DNA of 64,000 nt, from assembly GCF_009914755.1 (NCBI RefSeq), contig NC_060932.1, one strand, 5' to 3'. This DNA is from the human T2T-CHM13v2.0 reference genome, Homo sapiens. The first letter of the stretch is position 1; each line of letters opens with the position of its first letter. The notes beneath the pieces were generated by a model. The model was not told the DNA's origin, made no database searches, and was given only the letters and a program-made list of their open reading frames with translations. This document shows positions 54,081 to 64,000 of this stretch, piece after piece. A program made the translations under genes and the position numbers.

Positions 54081-56934
54081 CTACATTGATTACTTATGTT
54101 TCATTCCAATCCTCAAGGGGAACATTTGTTGAAAACTTCTGAAAATCAATTGATTACCAGTATATAGTGAGCCTTTTTATAGTTAAGGTGTCCATGGAGA
54201 AACACAGATGCATGAGACACAGACCTGCTATCGAGATAGTTATAAACTATTTGGGAAAATGAAAAACATACACCCACATACACATGCACACACACACAAA
54301 AACACACAAACACGTAGTAACCACATGGAGCAGAAAGGGTCTGTGCAACAGAGCAGATTACAAATTACAAATCCAAATGCTACAGGATTCCAAGGTCTGA
54401 AATGAAGAAGACCAACGTGGTGGTCAGGGAAGGTCAGAAAGGAGGCAGGATCTGAATCACGAATGAGGAGGAGAGGGGCTCCAGGTTGCTAAAATCTGGG
54501 GTGGAATATTCCTTTCAGGAGTATTCCACTGGCCACTGCTACTGGCAAATCCAGGAAGGATTGACTAGAAATAGAGAGTGACTAGAACAGAAATGCTGAG
54601 ATACTTTGGGGTGGCACAGAATCATGATTAGGAGTACTGCTGTGGCAAATAACTTCCCTCCTATCTTAGGTTCCTTATCTGGAAAATGGAAAATAGGAAT
54701 AAATATGCCTACGTTACAAGGTGGTAAGAGTAATGAAAGGAGCTGATATGTGCTAAGCCGTTTAGCATAGTAAATGGCACTTCATAGTCACTTGACAAAC
54801 TGTAGCTCTTTTTATTACCTGACAATCCTGACAGCCATCTTGGTGGTTTCGTGTGCCTTGTTGTTGTGCATAAAATGAAAATAGTCTTGAGAGGTATACA
54901 GTAGGCAAGAAATATCCAGCAACTCTTGCAAACTTTCCAGTCTTCCAGAGACAAGAAGCCAGATCAGTTTCCCACCAGATATTGACCCCTCAGACTTCAG
55001 GGCAGCTGAGCAGTGGTCTCAGCTGTTCACTGCAGCATGCAGGTAAAATATCCTTCTCTCAGTATGCCAGGATGTGGAAGAGTCGGGAAGCAGGGAATAA
55101 GAATCAAGCAAAGGGACAAAGTTTTGTGCAAGGCTGAGTATGCTTATCAGTACATGATAAGTCTCTGTCAGTAGGCATGTTTAAGGGAAAACAATAAGGA
55201 TTTATTAAATGTTTACTTTGTGTCAGGAACACTTAATTTTATCTTTTTTCAGTCCTCAGAGTATTCTCAGAAATACTCTAAGCAGCATGCCATGGATTTA
55301 CTTCTATCTGAAATACTCCATATGCATTTACTCTTTGATTTGAAAAAATTACAGCCAATAACTAGCCTCTCTTTACATTTTCTGTTTTCTTCCTCTTCCT
55401 CTTCTGTATAGCAAAGATGATTAACCCAAGAAGCACATTAAACTTATCTGAATGACTTTTTAAAAATTCTAGTGTCTGAGCGTCACCCTAAAGTTTTGAT
55501 TGGAATGGCTTGGAGTTTTTCATAAGCATACGTATTTTCTACTTCTTAGGCAACTCCAATGGACATCCAGGGTTGGAACCTTTGCGAGAGGATTCTAACA
55601 CCTTCTAAATTGTGCTCAATCAATTCCTCCAATTTAATACTACATTCAAAAGTTGACTATCTGAGATTGGTCAGTATCTGAGACCCACAGGAACATATGA
55701 ACAGAGATACCACTTTGCAACATAAAGAGACAGCAGCCTTACCTCTCTTAGGAATTTTTACAGGTACTCAAACGGAGACTTGAAAAAACAAAATATGTGC
55801 CTAGTCTTCCCCCAACACCCAACACACACATCATTACCAAATGCAGGAGTATGCAGTACAGCCACAACTTACATGCTTCTAAGTAATAATGTATTGATGT
55901 ATAGTTTGCACAAATTGCAATAAATGGCATTTTCTGTTATGTGGTGGGTAATAGATAGTTCTGGAGTGAATACAAGTCCATAATTCATTCAAGGACTGTG
56001 CTGATTCTGTAAACTAAAGCTCACAATTTAAGCAGTTAATCTATGGTAGTTTAATGCTGAGAATGAATTTCAGGGTGGTGTTCAATTTGGTGACCATCTA
56101 TTATTTCAGTTGAAGCATAATTAACTTGACATATATAAGAAGAAGCAAGAGAAATGCTTTCAGGGACTTTTGCCCTTTCTTCTACCTTCCTAACCTCTTG
56201 CTACTTCTCCGTGTTACTCTCCAGAATGGTCATTTCCTGCTTCAGAGGCAGACTGGGAACAAGGAAAGGTTGTTTCAGAGACAATTGGCACCATGTCATT
56301 TTCACTGCAAAGGCTCAGCTTAAGTGAAACAAGCTAGAGACTATTGTATTTGCCACAACCCATCAGATAATTAGTCTATCAGAAGTGCAGTGGCCTGAGT
56401 GACCAAATCTTAAGGCTGCTGGAGAAAGGGAAAAATCCTTTTGAAAATTTGGTTTCCCTCACTGCCACAAGTCTCTTTCTGTCTGTGTTCATCTTCTTTA
56501 GCCTGCTGTATCATGGATAGGTTTCCTCCATCTCTTAGAAACTGTGTCTATCTATGAGATGGAGAAAAACCAAAACAGAGAGAACTCTTGGACAATGATC
56601 CTATGAAAAATCTTCATCCACTCAGAAACCATGAACTGAAACTAAGCCTTTCAAAAACAGACAATTATTACCACAGACTTTAAAAGAAAAAGCAGAAATC
56701 CATTTACTCTAGCAAAATATGACTTCACTGGACTGAAAATTTCTCAATGACAAATTCTTCTAACTTTTCTGCGTTTAAGATATGGCTAAACAGATGATAT
56801 TGGTTCGATTAATATTAGAAGAGTCAAGACCTTTACAATTTAACATTATAGAAAGAGCAAAATACAATCAGGACTAAGTCTACAATAAAGAATCCATGAT
56901 GCCACAGCCTTATTTTTCTTGAATTCCAAATGCA

Positions 56935-60920
<3,986 letters not shown>

Positions 60921-61521
60921 TAAACAATAAAATACTTATGTATATAACATTCATGTAGTATGTATATTACATATTCATGTATTATACTTAAGTGTGTTGC
61001 TGTGTTTTAAGATTTCCTCCTTGAAAGTCAACACAAGGAATAGCACATCCTTGGAATAAACTGAAGGATTACAATTATGTTGGTGTTTTCCCACTAATCG
61101 TGAACTCCATAATCCACCGAGCTGTTAACAGCCAAAGATGGCTGCAGAGAAGAGAGGCTATGAGGCTGACTTTCCTTGTAGGTGGAAAGTCGCAAGTAGC
61201 TTTAAATGGAAGAGTTGCTGGGTCTTGCCATGGAGGCCCAAGTTAAGGGAGGATGCACAAATGCTGGTTCAGTCAAGAAATTAAACCAAAAAGCCTTTTT
61301 CAAAATTGCAAAGCTCTCAAAGGGGTAATTACAAACTGCTAACAGTGAGTCATGTCTAGGTCTGAATCAGCTTATGATGTGTTTCCCTTAAGGCGATTGA
61401 AGAAATGGGAGTTAGAAGAATGGAAAAGAACAGGGAAAGGTAATTTTGAAGTATAGGGTACAGTTTCAGGAGAGCAGATCTGAATGGAATTGTATAGTCA
61501 AAATAATCACAACAGACAGAT

Positions 61522-62830
61522 AACCAGTCAGGGAAAAAAGGAGGCAGAAGACTTGAACAAACACTTCTCAAAAAAAGAATATTCAAATGGCCAATAAACA
61601 CATGAAAGTACCCAAACTCATTAGTCATCACAGAAATGCAAATTAAAACCACAAAGTGATACCACTACACACTCCCAGAATTTCTAAAATGAAAAAAAGA
61701 CAAACCAAATATTGGCAAAGACGTAGAGTAACCAGAACTCGCATCACTCCTAATGGGGGTATATATTAGTATAAACACTTTGGAAACTGATTCGACATTG
61801 TCAAGTAAAGCTTAAATGTGCATATCCTATGACTCAGCAGTCTCCCTCCCAGGGAGACACTCAACAGTATTATGGTTGTATTTCTACCAAAATACAAGTA
61901 TTATAATTTTCACAGTGGCAGTCTCCATAGGAGCACTGTATTAGTTTCCTTCTCCTGCTTCACAAATTACCACAAACTTGGTGGTTGAAAACAACACAAA
62001 TTTATTATCTTATAGTTTTTAGGTCAGAAGTCCAAAATGAATCTTATGGGTTAAAATCAAGGTGTCAGTGAGCTACACTCCCTCTGGAGGAGCTAAGAGT
62101 GAATCTATTTCCTTGCCTTTTCCTGCTTCTAGAAGCCAACTGCCATCTTTATATTTTGGCCCCTTTCTCCGTCTTCAAAATGCATCCCTCTAACATCTGC
62201 TTCCATCATCCTATCTCCTCTCTGAATTTGACTCTCCCACCTCCCTCTTATAAGGACTCATGATTATATTTCCAGGCCTGGATAATCCAGGAAAATCTCC
62301 TCATCTCAAGATCCCTAACTTAATCACATTTGCAAAGTCCTTTTTACCATGTAAGGTAACATATTCCCAGGAATGAGGACATGGACATCTTTGGGGAGCC
62401 ATTATTCTGTCTACTACAAAGCCCAAGCAAGAAATTGCTTAATGTCTCAGCAACAAAAGAATGGAAAACTGTATATTTGTATACTGGAATACTATAATAG
62501 CAATGAGAATGAACACCATTCGATGACATGCACTATTATAAATGAATCTCACAAGCATAATATTGAGGGAAATAAGTCAGGCACAGAAGACTGTATGAGT
62601 CCCTGTGTATGAAATACAGAAAGAGGCAAAAGTGACCTATGGTAGAAGTCAGGATACTGGTTGCCCTGGATGTGGGGATTCATGATTGGGTGGGAACTTT
62701 TGGGGAAGTTGATGGTGTTTCATTCTTGATCTGAAAGCTGATTCGTGGGCGTGTTGTTCATCTGAAAGATTCATCAAACTGTACACTTATGATACATGTT
62801 CACTTTCCTGTTTGTAAATTTTACTACAGC
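61522..62830 (+). mobile_element. L1ME-like 3' fragment interrupted by MLT1
   Basis: GAAGACTTGAACAAACACTTC...GAAATGCAAATTAAAACCAC; resumes after 62419 and ends TTCATCAAACTGTACACTTATG. Confidence 0.7.
61937..62418 (-). mobile_element. MLT1 (C/D-like) MaLR LTR
   Basis: TGTATTAGTTTCC...AAATTACCACAAACTTGGTGG...GGACATCTTTGGGGAGCCATTATTCTGTCTACTACA. Confidence 0.82.
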
Positions 62831-62904
62831 TTTTACCAACAAAGGGGAAAGATAGGGCCCTGGGAGTATAAAGACCCCCCAGAATGCTGTAACTTACTGC
62901 TATG

Positions 62905-63120
62905 GGAAAAACTTAAGCTTCAGAATCAAATAGGCAGGACCTAGAATCACAGTGCTTTACTAGCTCTGTGATCTTCTGCACATTATTTAATCTCTTGGTC
63001 CTCAGTTTCCTCCTCTATAAAATGGGGACAATAACACTTTCTGCCTCGCAACTTCACTGGATTGTTGTGACGTAATGTTTGGGAAAACAAGTGAAATGTA
63101 ACAAGGGCTGAGTAAATGCT
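62905..63120 (+). mobile_element. MIR SINE relic
   Basis: TTACTAGCTCTGTGATCTT...CCTCAGTTTCCTCCTCTATAAAATGGGGACAATAA. Confidence 0.72.
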
Positions 63121-64000
63121 ACCTCCTCTGCTTTGCTCTTAAATCTGTCTTTCAGCAGAGCAAATATACAACAGGAGAAAGAAAAGAAATAACTATCTCA
63201 GAAGTTGTATGTTTTTTCATTTTCAGTGCCATGTTTAAAAAATATTTGCCAAGCATTGTAGAAGTTGCTCCAGACTCTGTAAAACTGGTGAAGTAGTTCT
63301 TTGTTTCTTTATAAACACTGCCTATTTCTTTATAAAACTGCCAGTTGCATTGTGAAGATCACTTTTACAAAGGTGAGCCACTTGAGATCATGAGAGCTAA
63401 AACATGTGCAGGAATTACTCAAGGAGCAGGGTGGAAACACAGCCACTCCAGACTTCTACCCACAAAGCAAGCACAGCCTAGCTCATCTATCCTTGTGACC
63501 AGAAGGGATATCTCAAGACCAAACCAAACTTACACCTAATCTACATTGCCCTGCAGTAGGGCATAAGAAAGGAAGATGAAAATAAAGACAGGTATAAAGT
63601 GGGTTTCCCTTGAAATACAAGAACACAGCATATTTGAGACCAGAACTGCGATCTGGAGCCTTAGGGGCCCTTTAAAGAGTTTCGGGCTCTTGGAGTTATT
63701 GTGCTTGTGTCAAGGTCACTCAGACCCACATGCAGTCTGGTTTACAATCATCTTTTTAAAGTCTTGGTTTACATTTCCCATTCCCAGCCAGAATCTTTTA
63801 TTTGTGATGTTTAGTTCTTTATTTGTATTTTCTCACCCCCGTTTTTATTGCCACTAGTATTATTTCAGCATCATTTAATTTTTGATTCAGACTTGGGTTA
63901 CTTCTCCAGCCCTATCTTGTACCCTCCCCTCTTTGGTTCTGCTCCCCACATTTCCCCATTCTCTTTCTCTCCAAGTACCTTGTCACTCCCTCTCCTCCAC

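Noticed and set aside
55143-55161. Inverted GATA pair CTTATCA-GTACA-TGATAAG
   Set aside because: Short motif with no supporting context; cannot be distinguished from chance.
55735-55746. Strong minus-strand splice donor AG|GTAAGG
   Set aside because: No convincing acceptor within exon distance; isolated donors are common.

Overview
Primate (very likely human) repeat-rich genomic DNA with no recognisable protein-coding exon; nearly all long ORFs in the track derive from LINE-1, MaLR, Alu or purine-repeat sequence. The window holds two full-length but disabled L1PA6/7-like elements on + (about 28.07-34.24 kb and 47.68-53.82 kb), an older 3'-truncated L1PA15/16-like element on - interrupted by a complete THE1B provirus, a complete THE1D provirus, 12 Alus, LTR16, LTR47B, MLT1, MER20/58/102, MIR and L2 relics. 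The most notable structure is a 189-bp segment inside the THE1D 5' LTR (24915-25103) that is a base-perfect inverted copy of ORF1 sequence of the neighbouring L1 (29722-29910), including that copy's private mutations. It sits about 27 bp downstream of the LTR TATA-like box. A roughly 2-kb apparently unique island (20.8-22.7 kb) carries a strong ISRE/IRF motif and a well-formed minus-strand non-coding exon candidate. Repeat subfamily calls are by eye from remembered consensus sequences and should be confirmed with RepeatMasker/Dfam.
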